Assembly: GCA_021807675.1 (NCBI GenBank)
Contig: JAKBCR010000005.1
Location: forward strand, 2,919 to 66,918
Origin: Pseudomonadota bacterium
GTDB taxonomy: Bacteria > Pseudomonadota > Gammaproteobacteria > Steroidobacterales > Steroidobacteraceae
DNA: 64,000 bases
Direction: 5' to 3'
The translations under genes and the position numbers were made by a program. A model generated the notes under the pieces. That model saw only the letters and a program-made list of their open reading frames with translations. It had not been told where the DNA came from and did not search any database. Shown piece by piece: positions 9,745 through 19,218 of this stretch; position 1 is the stretch's first letter, and each line of letters starts with the position of its first letter.

Positions 9745-10058
9745 TTCAGCCGCTCCCGCAGGATCTCTTGCTCCACGATCAGCTGCGGCGCATATCGCAC
9801 ACCGAAACCGGTGATGGCGGTGTTGACGCAGCCCAGGCCGCCGGTGCGCCTCGCCGACTGGGCCAGAGCTGCGGCGAGCAGCGCCTCGAGCGGTGCCGCG
9901 GCGGGTGTCGGCGGGAAGCCGGCCGTCGCGAGCCCGACGATCTGCGGGCCGCCTGCTGGCGGCAGGAGCGACGTGAAGCCTCGACGGCCGGGGCTCGAGC
10001 TCCGCTCGGAGGCTTGCTTGACCACCGGGAGTGAAACCCGGATCATTGCGCGGCTCAT
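9741..10058 (-). CDS. Hypothetical 105-aa protein with no recognised family
   Basis: Third-position GC by eye is about 84 percent, similar to neighbouring genes. Its stop overlaps the pyrC start. The opposite-strand ORF here looks non-protein-like. No motif recognised. Confidence 0.35.
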   Translation of the reverse strand: MSRAMIRVSLPVVKQASERSSSPGRRGFTSLLPPAGGPQIVGLATAGFPPTPAAAPLEALLAAALAQSARRTGGLGCVNTAITGFGVRYAPQLIVEQEILRERLK

Positions 10059-10117
10059 GGACAGGCGACTTTCGCTCGCAGGGGAAGCTGTCGGCGCATC
10101 CTACTCCATTAACTCGA

Positions 10118-12787
10118 ATGACCGAACCTCCAAAGCTGGAAGATCTCGACCCCGTTGAAACCCAGGAATGGCTCGAGTCGATCGACTCGGTGCTGACGGC
10201 CCATGGCCCGCAGCGTGCGCACTTCCTCCTCGAGCGTCTGATCGACTATACGCGCCGCAGCGGCGCGTATCTGCCGTTCAAGGCGAACACCGCCTATGTC
10301 AACAGCATTCCGACCGGGCGCGAGCCGCAGTACCCGGGCAACCGCGCGCTCGAGAGGCGGATCGAAGCGTACATCCGCTGGAACGCGATGGCGATGGTGG
10401 TGCAGGCCAACCGCATTTCCTCGGAGTATGGCGGACACCTCTCGAGCTACGCCTCCTCGGCCACGCTTTATGAAGTCGGCTTCAACCACTTCTGGCGCGC
10501 CCCGTCGGCGGAGCATCCGGGCGATCTCGTCTTCATCCAGGGACATTCCTCCCCCGGCATCTACGCGCGCGCCTACCTCGAGGGACGGTTGACCGAGAGT
10601 CAGCTTCACCACTTCCGCCAGGAGGCCGGCGGGCCCGGCCAGGGTCTCTCCTCGTACCCGCATCCCTGGCTGATGCCGGATTTCTGGCAATTCCCGACCG
10701 TCTCCATGGGCCTGGGGCCCATGATGGCGATGTTCCAGGCGCGCTTCATCCGCTACCTCGAGCACCGCGGCCTCGCGATGCCGAGCGACCGCAAAGTGTG
10801 GGCGTTCCTCGGCGATGGAGAGATGGACGAGCCGGAGTCGATGGGCGCGCTCACCATGCCGGTGCGCGAGGGGCTCGACAACCTCATCTTCGTCATCAAC
10901 TGCAATCTGCAGCGCCTCGACGGACCGGTGCGTGGCAACGGCAAGATCATCCAGGAGCTCGAGGCCGCCTTTCTCGGCGCCGGTTGGAACGTCATCAAGG
11001 TGTTGTGGGGCTCGCGGTGGGACCCGCTTCTCGCCCGCGACACCCGCGGCCTCTTGCGGCGGGTCATGGAGGAATGCGTCGACGGCGAATACCAGAACTT
11101 CAAGGCCAAGGGCGGCGCCTACACCCGCGAGCACTTCTTCGGGAAATACCCGGAGCTCAAGGCGATGGTCGCCAACATGTCGGACGAGGAGATCTGGCGT
11201 CTCAATCGCGGCGGCCACGACCATCGCAAGGTATATGCCGCCTACGTCGCCGCCATGGCCCACAAGGGACAGCCGACCGTCATTCTCGCCAAGACCGTCA
11301 AGGGCTTCGGCCTCGGCAAGGGGGGCGAGGGGCAGATGGTCGCGCACCAGCAGAAGAAGCTGTCGGAAGACGATCTGCGCGTTTTTCGCGACCGCTTCCA
11401 CATTCCGGTGTCGGATGAGGAGATCGCGAGGCTCCCGTTCCGTCAGCCGGCCGAGGACTCCGACGAGAGCCGCTACCTTCACGAGCGCCGCAAGGCTTTG
11501 GGCGGGTATCTTCCGGCGCGCCGCAAGCAGGCGCCGCCGCTTGCCGTGCCGCCGCTCGAGGCGTTCTCCGCGATGCTCGAGGGCACGGGGGAGCGCGAGA
11601 TCTCGACGACGATGGCGTTCGTGCGCATCCTGACGGCGCTGCTGAAGGACAAGGGCATAGGCAAATACGTCGTGCCCATCGTGCCGGACGAGGCGCGCAC
11701 CTTCGGCATGGAGGGACTCTTCCGCCAGATCGGCATCTACTCCTCGGTCGGGCAGCTGTACACGCCGCAGGATGCGGAGACCCTCATGTCCTATCGAGAG
11801 GACAAGAAGGGTCAGATGATCGAGGAGGGTATCAACGAGGCGGGCTCGCTCTGCTCGTGGATCGCGGCCGCCACGGCGTACAGCAACCACGGCATGAGCA
11901 TGGTGCCGTTCTACATCTTCTACTCCATGTTCGGCTTCCAGCGGGTCGGAGATTTCATCTGGGGCGCGGGCGACATCCAGGCGCGCGGCTTTCTCCTCGG
12001 CGCCACGGCGGGCCGCACGACTCTCGCGGGTGAAGGTCTGCAGCATCAGGACGGACACAGCCAGCTCATCGCCACGACGGTGCCCAACTGCCTCGCCTAC
12101 GATCCGGCGTACGCATACGAGCTTGCCGTCATCATCCAGGACGGGATGCGGCGCATGTACGTGGAGCAGGAGAGCATCTTCTACTACATCACCGTGATGA
12201 ACGAGAACTACCCGCAGCCGGCGCTGCCGAGGGGTAGCGAGGCGGGCATCCTCAAGGGCGCGTATTTCTTGCGCGCCGGCGGCAAGGGGAAACTGCGCGC
12301 GACGCTGCTCGGCTCGGGCACCATCCTGCGGGAGTGTCTCGAGGCCGCGAGCATCCTCGAGGCCGACTACGGCGTGCGGGCCGATGTCTTCTCGGTGACG
12401 AGCTTCAGCGAGCTGCGCCGCGAGGCGCTCGAGTGCGAGCGTTGGAATCTGCTGCATGCCGGAGAGCCCGCGCGTGCGCCCTATGTGCAGGAGTGCCTGA
12501 GGGATGCGCAGGGCCCGTTCGTCGCCGCGACCGACTACATGCGCACGGTGCCCGATCAGATCCGCCAGTGGGTGCCGGGCCGCTATGTGAGCCTTGGAAC
12601 CGACGGCTTTGGGCGCTCGGACTCGCGTGCCGCGCTGCGGCGGCATTTCGAGGTCGACCGCCACTACATCGCCGTCGCCGCCCTGAAGGCGCTCGCCGAC
12701 GAGGGCAAGCTCGAGCCCGCCACCGTCAACACTGCGATGAAGGCGCTCGGCGTGGATCCGTCGAAGCCCGTTCCCTGGAAAGTTTGA
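10118..12787 (+). CDS. aceE: Pyruvate dehydrogenase E1 component (homodimeric type)
   Basis: 889 aa. [15 protein letters not shown] at the N-terminus, [30 protein letters not shown]. Start MTEPPK at 10118. Confidence 0.95.
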   Translation: MTEPPKLEDLDPVETQEWLESIDSVLTAHGPQRAHFLLERLIDYTRRSGAYLPFKANTAYVNSIPTGREPQYPGNRALERRIEAYIRWNAMAMVVQANRISSEYGGHLSSYASSATLYEVGFNHFWRAPSAEHPGDLVFIQGHSSPGIYARAYLEGRLTESQLHHFRQEAGGPGQGLSSYPHPWLMPDFWQFPTVSMGLGPMMAMFQARFIRYLEHRGLAMPSDRKVWAFLGDGEMDEPESMGALTMPVREGLDNLIFVINCNLQRLDGPVRGNGKIIQELEAAFLGAGWNVIKVLWGSRWDPLLARDTRGLLRRVMEECVDGEYQNFKAKGGAYTREHFFGKYPELKAMVANMSDEEIWRLNRGGHDHRKVYAAYVAAMAHKGQPTVILAKTVKGFGLGKGGEGQMVAHQQKKLSEDDLRVFRDRFHIPVSDEEIARLPFRQPAEDSDESRYLHERRKALGGYLPARRKQAPPLAVPPLEAFSAMLEGTGEREISTTMAFVRILTALLKDKGIGKYVVPIVPDEARTFGMEGLFRQIGIYSSVGQLYTPQDAETLMSYREDKKGQMIEEGINEAGSLCSWIAAATAYSNHGMSMVPFYIFYSMFGFQRVGDFIWGAGDIQARGFLLGATAGRTTLAGEGLQHQDGHSQLIATTVPNCLAYDPAYAYELAVIIQDGMRRMYVEQESIFYYITVMNENYPQPALPRGSEAGILKGAYFLRAGGKGKLRATLLGSGTILRECLEAASILEADYGVRADVFSVTSFSELRREALECERWNLLHAGEPARAPYVQECLRDAQGPFVAATDYMRTVPDQIRQWVPGRYVSLGTDGFGRSDSRAALRRHFEVDRHYIAVAALKALADEGKLEPATVNTAMKALGVDPSKPVPWKV

Positions 12788-12800
12788 AGGATCCATCGCC

Positions 12801-14381
12801 ATGAACGCGGCAGCCCGCCTCGTCGAAGTGCGCGTGCCCGACATGGGCAACTTCAAAGATGTCGCCGTGATCGATGTCCTCGTCAAGCCCGGCGAGAGCA
12901 TCGAGCCGGAGTCGCCGCTCGTCACCCTGGAGACCGAGAAGGCCACGATGGATGTGCCCTCGACGGCCGGGGGTGTCATCGAGAAGATCCATGTCGGTAA
13001 AGGCGGCACGGTCAATGCGGGCGACCTGATCGTGACCGTCCGCGCCACCGCCCAAGGGGCGCAGGGCGAGGAGCGCTCGGGCGGTGAGCGCCCGAGCGGG
13101 TCGTCCGGCGCACCGGGCCCGCAGGCGGCGACCCGGGGCGGGGCTGAGGTGCCGGCTGCAAAAGCGGCGCCGGCGCAGTCGGCCACCGCGCAGGCGGCTG
13201 CGCCTGCGGCCGCATCTGCACATTCCGGCACGCCCGCCGCGGTGCAGTCCGGCAACACGGCCGGGGCGGCCTCGGCACCGCCCGTGTCTGCGCCGCAGTC
13301 CCCAGCCGGGACGATGGCGCCATCGCAATCGACTGCGGTGGCTGCCGGCGAGCGCCCGCTGCGCGCCGATCTGCCGCCCATCAACGAGCCGGGCTTTTCC
13401 CGCGCTCACGCGGGCCCGAGCGTGCGCAAGCTCGCACGCGAGCTGGGTGTCGACCTCACGCGTGTCACTGGGCATGGCTTCAAGGACCGGATCACGCACG
13501 ATGACATCAAGACCTTCGTCAAGAGCGTCATGACTGCGCCAGCCGCCGCCCCGGGCGCGCCCGGGGCGGTCAAGCCTGGCGCGGCGGCGGCCACGCCTGC
13601 GGCTGCTCCTGCTGCGGTGCCCGCCAAGCCCGGCGGCGCGTTGCCCGCCATCCCGGCGATCGATTTCTCCGTATTCGGCCCGATCGAGACGAAGCCGCTC
13701 TCGCGCATACAGCGCATCTCCGGCCCGCGGCTGCATGCAAGCTGGGTCAACATTCCGCACGTCACGCAGTTCGACGAGGCGGACGTCACCGAGCTCGAGG
13801 CGCTGCGCGGGAAGCTCAGGGACGGGGCGTCGGAGCGGGGCATCAAGCTCACCGCGCTCGCCTTCATCATGCGCGCCTGCGTGAGGGCGCTGCAGGCGTT
13901 CCCGCAGTTCAACGCGTCGCTCGATCCTGCCGGCGCCAACCTGATCTTTAAGAAGTACATCAATGTCGGGTTTGCCGCCGACACACCGAACGGGCTGATG
14001 GTCCCGGTGGTGCACGAAGCGGACCGCAAGGACATCTACCAGATCGCCCGCCATCTCGGGGAGCTCTCCGAGACGGCCCGTGCCGGCAGGCTCGGAGCCG
14101 CGCAGATGCAAGGCGGCTGCTTCACGATCTCGAGCCTCGGCGGCATCGGCGGGACGGCGTTCACCCCGATCATCAACGCCCCGGAGGTCGCGATCCTGGG
14201 AGTGTCACGCTCGGCCATGAAGCCGGTCTACCAGGACGGAGCGTTCGTGGCGCGGCTGATGTTGCCGCTGTCGCTTTCCTATGACCACCGGGTCATCGAT
14301 GGCGCCACCGCGGTACGCTTCACGACATTCCTCGCCAAGACCCTGGCCGAGCCGCACGCCCTGGTCGAGGCCGTGCCGTGA
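12801..14381 (+). CDS. aceF: Dihydrolipoamide acetyltransferase E2 with a single lipoyl domain
   Basis: Lipoyl motif LETEKATMDVPS, a subunit-binding domain (AGPSVRKLARELGVDL), and the catalytic motif SYDHRVIDGA. A roughly 110-aa Ala/Pro/Gly/Ser linker follows the lipoyl domain. Confidence 0.93.
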   Translation: MNAAARLVEVRVPDMGNFKDVAVIDVLVKPGESIEPESPLVTLETEKATMDVPSTAGGVIEKIHVGKGGTVNAGDLIVTVRATAQGAQGEERSGGERPSGSSGAPGPQAATRGGAEVPAAKAAPAQSATAQAAAPAAASAHSGTPAAVQSGNTAGAASAPPVSAPQSPAGTMAPSQSTAVAAGERPLRADLPPINEPGFSRAHAGPSVRKLARELGVDLTRVTGHGFKDRITHDDIKTFVKSVMTAPAAAPGAPGAVKPGAAAATPAAAPAAVPAKPGGALPAIPAIDFSVFGPIETKPLSRIQRISGPRLHASWVNIPHVTQFDEADVTELEALRGKLRDGASERGIKLTALAFIMRACVRALQAFPQFNASLDPAGANLIFKKYINVGFAADTPNGLMVPVVHEADRKDIYQIARHLGELSETARAGRLGAAQMQGGCFTISSLGGIGGTAFTPIINAPEVAILGVSRSAMKPVYQDGAFVARLMLPLSLSYDHRVIDGATAVRFTTFLAKTLAEPHALVEAVP

Positions 14382-16144
14382 GCCCCATCGGTCTGCTCGT
14401 ACCAGATCTCGGCAATTTCCACGACGTGTCGGTCGTCGACGTGCTGGTCAAGGCCGGCGACACGATCGAAGTCGATGCGCCGCTCATCACCCTGGAGACG
14501 GACAAGGCGTCGATGGACGTCCCTGCGACCGCCGCGGGGAGGGTCGCCGAGGTGCTGTTGAAGCGCGGCGACAAGGTGTCCAAGGGCTCGTTGATCGCGC
14601 GCGTGGAGACCGACTCGCAAACCGGCGCTCCTGTCAGCGACGGCGAAGCTGCCGCGAAGCCGGAGTCGGGCGGCGATACGGTGCGGATGCCCGTGCCGGA
14701 TCTGACGAAGGCAGCGCAAGGGCAAGTCGAGTTCAATCGCTCGACGCAGCTCCTCGTGCTCGGCTCGGGTCCGGGCGGGTACACCGCCGCATTCCGCGCC
14801 GCGGACCTCGGCATGCAGGTAACACTGGTGGAGCGGTGGCCGACACTCGGCGGCGTATGCCTCAACGTCGGCTGTATACCCTCCAAGGCGCTGCTGCATG
14901 CGGCCAAGGTCATCGAGGACGCCGAGGAGATGAGCGCCCGCGGCATCGCCTTCGGGGCACCGGAGATCGATCTCGAGAAGCTTCGCGCCTGGAAGGCGTC
15001 GGTCGTCAGGAAGCTGACGGGTGGCCTCAGCACGCTCGCGAAGCAGCGCAAAGTGAACCTCGTGCAGGGAGTCGGCCGGTTCATCAGTCCCAACGTGGTC
15101 GAGGTGATGGGCAACAGCGGCTCGGAGCGCATTCGCTTCGACCAGTGCATCATCGCGGCAGGCGCGGAGCCGATCCGGCTCCCGGGCCTGCCTTCCGACC
15201 CGCGCATCATCGACTCGACGGACGCGCTGGAGCTGCCGGAGTTCTCCGGCGGGCTTCTCGTGGTCGGCGGTGGCATCATCGGCCTCGAGATGGCTTGCGT
15301 CTATGACGCGCTCGGCAGCCGCGTCAGCGTCGTCGAGTTGACATCGCAGCTCATGCCCGGCTGCGATCCGGATCTCGTGCGGCCGCTCGAGCGACGCATC
15401 CGCTCCCGCTACGAGCAGATCCTGCTCGGCACGCGAGTCTCGCGCATCGAGCCTCTGGCCGAGGGGCTGCGCGTGACGTTCGAGGGCGAGAAGGCCCCGG
15501 CTGCGCAGATGTTCGGTCGGGTGCTGGTGGCCGTCGGTCGCTCGCCGAACGGCAAGCTGATCGGGGCCGAGGCCGCGGGAGTCCAGGTTTCGGATCGGGG
15601 CTTCATCCCGGTGGACACGCAGCTTCGCACCAACGTCCCGCACATTTTCGCGGTCGGCGATATCGCGTGTCCTCCCATGCTCGCCCACAAGGCGATGCAC
15701 GAGGCGAAAGTCGCCGCGGAAGTCGCTGCCGGCCACCGGCGGGCATTCGACGCGCGCGCCATACCGTCGGTCGCCTACACCGATCCGGAGGTGGCCTGGG
15801 CGGGCCTCACGGAGACCGAGGCGAAGGCCAAGGGCATTGCGGTCGAGAAGGGCACCTTTCCGTGGGCCGCCAGCGGCCGCTCGCTCTCGCTCGGGCGCGA
15901 TGAGGGCATGACCAAACTCCTCTTCGATCGGGACACCCGTCGCCTGCTCGGCGCCGGCATCGTGGGCACCAACGCCGGCGAGCTCATCAGCGAGCTCGCG
16001 CTCGCGATCGAGAACGGCTGCGATGCGGCCGATATCGGCCTCACCGTTCATCCCCATCCTACTCTGTCCGAAACCGTGGCAGGCGCCGCCGAGGCGGTCG
16101 AAGGCACGCTGACCGATCTCTACATTCCCGCGCGGAAGAAGTAG
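14378..16144 (+). CDS. lpdA: Dihydrolipoyl dehydrogenase E3 with an N-terminal lipoyl domain
   Basis: N-terminal LETDKASMDVPA lipoyl motif. Then GSGPGGYTAAFRAADLG (FAD) and CLNVGCIPSKALL (redox disulfide). The GTG start overlaps the aceF stop (GTGA). Confidence 0.93.
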   Translation: MSPIGLLVPDLGNFHDVSVVDVLVKAGDTIEVDAPLITLETDKASMDVPATAAGRVAEVLLKRGDKVSKGSLIARVETDSQTGAPVSDGEAAAKPESGGDTVRMPVPDLTKAAQGQVEFNRSTQLLVLGSGPGGYTAAFRAADLGMQVTLVERWPTLGGVCLNVGCIPSKALLHAAKVIEDAEEMSARGIAFGAPEIDLEKLRAWKASVVRKLTGGLSTLAKQRKVNLVQGVGRFISPNVVEVMGNSGSERIRFDQCIIAAGAEPIRLPGLPSDPRIIDSTDALELPEFSGGLLVVGGGIIGLEMACVYDALGSRVSVVELTSQLMPGCDPDLVRPLERRIRSRYEQILLGTRVSRIEPLAEGLRVTFEGEKAPAAQMFGRVLVAVGRSPNGKLIGAEAAGVQVSDRGFIPVDTQLRTNVPHIFAVGDIACPPMLAHKAMHEAKVAAEVAAGHRRAFDARAIPSVAYTDPEVAWAGLTETEAKAKGIAVEKGTFPWAASGRSLSLGRDEGMTKLLFDRDTRRLLGAGIVGTNAGELISELALAIENGCDAADIGLTVHPHPTLSETVAGAAEAVEGTLTDLYIPARKK

Positions 16145-16166
16145 GGACAGGCGGGACCGGTCGGAA

Positions 16167-17225
16167 GTGCCGCGATCCAGCTCACTTCCCGCAAAGGTGG
16201 CGCGGCGATTCGCCAGCCGGCCGCACATGGCCGCGGCGCTGCTGCAGTGGCGCAATGCGTATCGCCTCGGGCGGGCCCGCGCACTGGGCATCGCGGCGCT
16301 CTGCGCGGTCCTCGTTGTCGGGGTCCTGTTGGCTGCGCCGGTCGGACCGGCGCTTCGGTGGCTCGCCGGCAGTCCGCTCGCGACGTTCGCGATCAGCGCA
16401 TGTCTCTTCGGGCTCTCCACCGTCCGCCGCCATGATCGGATTCGATCTGACGCGGCAACCTCCTGGCTCGCCGCTTTGCCCGTACGGAGCTCCTTGAACC
16501 TGCGGCTGGCGTCGGGAGCCGCCGCGCGGCTCCTCGCGGCACTCGTCTTCCTCGGGCTCGCGTGTGCGGTCGGCCGCGTTGCGATGCCCCTGGCATTGCG
16601 GCTCGCTCTCGTCACGGCGGGAGGCGCGCTGGCCGGCACGCTGGCCGGCTCGCCGTTGAGGGGCGGTGCCGCGACAGGCTCGCCGGGGTGGCATTACGCG
16701 AGCGTGCGCCGTCCGCGGCGGTACTGGGCCACGGCACCGTCGCTCATCCCGCTCTCCTACTGGCCGGTCGCGCAGGGGCGGATCTTCAGCAGGCCCTCGA
16801 CATCGCGCGTAGTGCTCTTTGCGCTGCTGGCGATCCCCGCCGGACGCCGGGATCCGGGCGAGGTGGCGATCGCCGTTGCAGCCGGATGCATCACGGCCTT
16901 TACCCTTCTCTCGCTCTCCACGGCGGCTGTGCGAGTGGCTGGCAATGCTGCGCGCTGGCTGGCGCCCAGCGGCGTCCGCCTGCGCGCGTTCATCATTGCA
17001 TTCCTCTGGCAAGTCGCGCTCAAGCAGGTGGCAGTGCTTGCAGTCACCCTGTTTCTCGCCTGCGCAATCGATTACCAGGGCGCGCTTCGCGTGGGGTTGC
17101 CGCTTGCCGCCGCTTACGTCGCCATCTCCTGCGCCGCAGCATCGGTGGCATGCGTGTGGGCCTGCCGCCGCGCGGGGCTCGGTGCGGGCCGCCGCGGTGG
17201 CCTCCGAGAGGATCGGCTGAGTTGA
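16167..17225 (+). CDS. Polytopic inner-membrane protein of unknown family (putative permease partner of the next gene)
   Basis: About 6-7 hydrophobic segments by eye. Its stop overlaps a TTG start of the downstream ABC ATPase. The start is uncertain (GTG at 16167 or ATG at 16227). Confidence 0.55.
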   Translation: MPRSSSLPAKVARRFASRPHMAAALLQWRNAYRLGRARALGIAALCAVLVVGVLLAAPVGPALRWLAGSPLATFAISACLFGLSTVRRHDRIRSDAATSWLAALPVRSSLNLRLASGAAARLLAALVFLGLACAVGRVAMPLALRLALVTAGGALAGTLAGSPLRGGAATGSPGWHYASVRRPRRYWATAPSLIPLSYWPVAQGRIFSRPSTSRVVLFALLAIPAGRRDPGEVAIAVAAGCITAFTLLSLSTAAVRVAGNAARWLAPSGVRLRAFIIAFLWQVALKQVAVLAVTLFLACAIDYQGALRVGLPLAAAYVAISCAAASVACVWACRRAGLGAGRRGGLREDRLS

Positions 17226-17986
17226 CCAGAGCAGGCGCGCATAGCGGGGATGGGAGCCTGCCCGTGCTGCTGGTGAGGAGCGTCCACGCCGGCTACGACA
17301 AGTTGGCGGTGCTCTCGGGGGTGGACCTCGAGATCTCCCGGGGAGAATGGCTCGCGCTCCTCGGTCCCAATGGGAGCGGCAAGACGACTCTGCTGCACTG
17401 CATCGCCGGAATGTTGGTTCCGTCGGCGGGCGGCATTTCCATATGCGGTCATCCGTTGCGAACGGACGCACTCGCCGCTAAGCGCCGGCTCGGCTTCGGC
17501 TGCGCGCCGGAGCATCTTCCCGGCCTCCTGACGGGAAGGCAATGCCTGGAAGTATATGCCGCGGCCAAGAGCCTCTCAGCGATCGATGCGGACGTGCTCG
17601 AGCTGGCGGAGCAATTCGCATTCACGGATGTGCTCGATCGCTTCGTAGGGTCGTACTCGCTCGGCGCGAGGCAGAAGCTCGCGGTGCTCCTCGCTCTGCT
17701 CGGGGAGCCCGCGCTCGTGGTGCTGGACGAGGCCTTCAACGGATTGGATCCGGCCGGTGCGCTGGTTCTCAAGAAACATCTGCAGGCACGCGTCTCGGCG
17801 GAGCGTTGCGGCGTCCTGCTCGCCACCCATGCTCTGGATGTGGTCGAGCGACATTCGGATCGCGCCGTGCTGCTTCTCGGGGGCCGCATCGCGCGACAGT
17901 GGAGCCGGGAGGAGTTGACGGCACTCAGGGCGATGCCGGGCGAAGGTCTCGAGTCCGCGCTGGCGGCGGCCTCAGCGGGCCAATAG
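17222..17986 (+). CDS. ABC transporter ATP-binding protein with atypical signature and Walker B context
   Basis: Walker A GPNGSGKTT. The signature region reads SYSLGARQKL instead of LSGGQ. Walker B is LVVLDEAFNGLD. H-loop LLATHAL. The start is uncertain (TTG at 17222 or a GTG about 40 nt later). Confidence 0.8.
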   Translation: MTRAGAHSGDGSLPVLLVRSVHAGYDKLAVLSGVDLEISRGEWLALLGPNGSGKTTLLHCIAGMLVPSAGGISICGHPLRTDALAAKRRLGFGCAPEHLPGLLTGRQCLEVYAAAKSLSAIDADVLELAEQFAFTDVLDRFVGSYSLGARQKLAVLLALLGEPALVVLDEAFNGLDPAGALVLKKHLQARVSAERCGVLLATHALDVVERHSDRAVLLLGGRIARQWSREELTALRAMPGEGLESALAAASAGQ

Positions 17987-18412
17987 CGCTCGGAGGCGCT
18001 CGAGGTAGCGCTGCTCGTCGGGCGCGCGGCCGGAGTGTTGGCCCTCCCAGAGGACTTCCGCCAGCACTTCGAGCATCGTGTGCTCGGCGCCGTGAGGGTT
18101 CACCAGGCGCTGCGCGAGCGCTCGATGGATTCGAGCGATGCCGGCAGGCCGGTCGGTGGCGACCTGCTCGCGCAGGGCGAGATGCAGGCCCATGTGGAGG
18201 AAGGGGTTCTCGCGCCCACCGTCGGGGGTGTAGTCGGCGGCGAGGGCGTCGGGACCGGACTCGAGCAGGGGGACGTGCTCGGGATGCTCGGCGATGACGG
18301 CGGCGATCTGTGCCTCGAGCGGCTCGAGGGGCTGGCGGGCGGTGTATTTGCGCCAGGCGTTGAGGTACATCTGGCGCAGTTGCTCGCGGTCTTGGCCGGA
18401 GAAGACGGGCAT
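17972..18412 (-). CDS. DUF1841 family protein
   Basis: MPVFSGQDREQLRQMYLNAWRKY...NPFLHMGLHLALREQ matches the DUF1841 pattern. The ATG at 18412 overlaps the nth ORF stop by 1 nt. Confidence 0.7.
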   Translation of the reverse strand: MPVFSGQDREQLRQMYLNAWRKYTARQPLEPLEAQIAAVIAEHPEHVPLLESGPDALAADYTPDGGRENPFLHMGLHLALREQVATDRPAGIARIHRALAQRLVNPHGAEHTMLEVLAEVLWEGQHSGRAPDEQRYLERLRALLAR

Positions 18413-19209
18413 TACTCGGCTGCCGTCTTGTGAGGCTTTCGCGTCCGAAGCGGCGATCGCAAAGGGCCTTTCCGGGGCCGCCGTGAATCCCTCCGTGGAG
18501 GCTGTGGCAAAAACGTCCTCGTTTTTGACGCCCCCGGAAAGGCCCTTTGCGACCGTCGCTCCTCTTTCAGCTTCTCGGCCGCGGTCTTCTCCGGATATTC
18601 GCAGAGGTCGCGGATGAGGCAATTGGGGCAGTTGGGGGCGCGGGCGGTGCAGACGTAGCGGCCGTGAAGGATGAGCCAGTGGTGGGCGTTGTGCTTGAAC
18701 TCCTCGGGCGTGCTCGCGGTGAGCGCATCCTCAACGGCACGCGGGGTCTTGCCGGGGGCGAGGCCGGTTCGGTTGGCGACGCGGAAGATGTGGGTATCGA
18801 CCGCGATCTCCGTCTCGCCGAAGATGATGTTGAGGACGACGTTGGCCGTCTTGCGGCCGACCCCGGGGAGCGCCTCGAGGGACTCGCGGTCGGCGGGGAC
18901 TTTGCCGCCGTGAAGCTCGACCAGCATCCGGCAGAGGCCGATGAGATTCTTGGACTTGGCGTTGTAGAGGCCCACGCTCCTCAGGTAGGGCTTCACGCCT
19001 TCTTCACCCAGCGCGAGGATGGCCTCGGGAGTGTTGGCGACGGGAAAGAGCTTACGGGTCGCGGCGTTGACGCTCTTGTCGGTCGTATGGGCGGAGAGCA
19101 TGACGGCGACCAGCAGCTCGAAGGGGCTCGAGTGCTCGAGCTCGGTTTTCGGCTCGGGGTTGGCAGCCGCGAGACGGCGGAAAATCGCGCGGCGGGTCGC
19201 GGCGTGCAC
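18412..19209 (-). CDS. nth: Endonuclease III with a roughly 55-aa basic C-terminal extension encoded by a palindromic repeat element
   Basis: HhH motif LPGVGRKTANVVL and the Fe-S motif CTARAPNCPNCLIRDLC. After CEYPEKT the ORF continues through 18454-18555. The start is GTG. Confidence 0.88.
   Translation of the reverse strand: MHAATRRAIFRRLAAANPEPKTELEHSSPFELLVAVMLSAHTTDKSVNAATRKLFPVANTPEAILALGEEGVKPYLRSVGLYNAKSKNLIGLCRMLVELHGGKVPADRESLEALPGVGRKTANVVLNIIFGETEIAVDTHIFRVANRTGLAPGKTPRAVEDALTASTPEEFKHNAHHWLILHGRYVCTARAPNCPNCLIRDLCEYPEKTAAEKLKEERRSQRAFPGASKTRTFLPQPPRRDSRRPRKGPLRSPLRTRKPHKTAAE
18454..18555. repeat. Nested palindromic (REP/MITE-like) element
   Basis: Outer perfect 19-bp arms gcaaagggcctttccgggg (18459-18477) and ccccggaaaggccctttgc (18532-18550). 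Inner hairpin caaaaacg-tcct-cgtttttg (18508-18527). Confidence 0.8.
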
Positions 19210-19218
19210 GATCTGACC

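Noticed and set aside
10109-13384. 1091-aa ORF antisense to aceE/aceF. Similar long antisense ORFs occur at 14279-16639, 20355-22115, 27325-29403, 36118-37362, 43674-44765 and 48673-50580.
   Set aside because: They lie opposite genes with unambiguous conserved motifs. Their products are Arg/Ala/Gly/Pro-rich with no recognisable domains. Stop codons are rare in off-frames of GC-rich DNA.
13060-13390. Repetitive Ala/Pro/Gly-rich DNA in aceF. A similar stretch occurs in metG at about 20100-20290 and in DUF2066 at about 32700-32900.
   Set aside because: These are inter-domain low-complexity linkers in frame with the genes. They are not repeat elements or CRISPR-like arrays.
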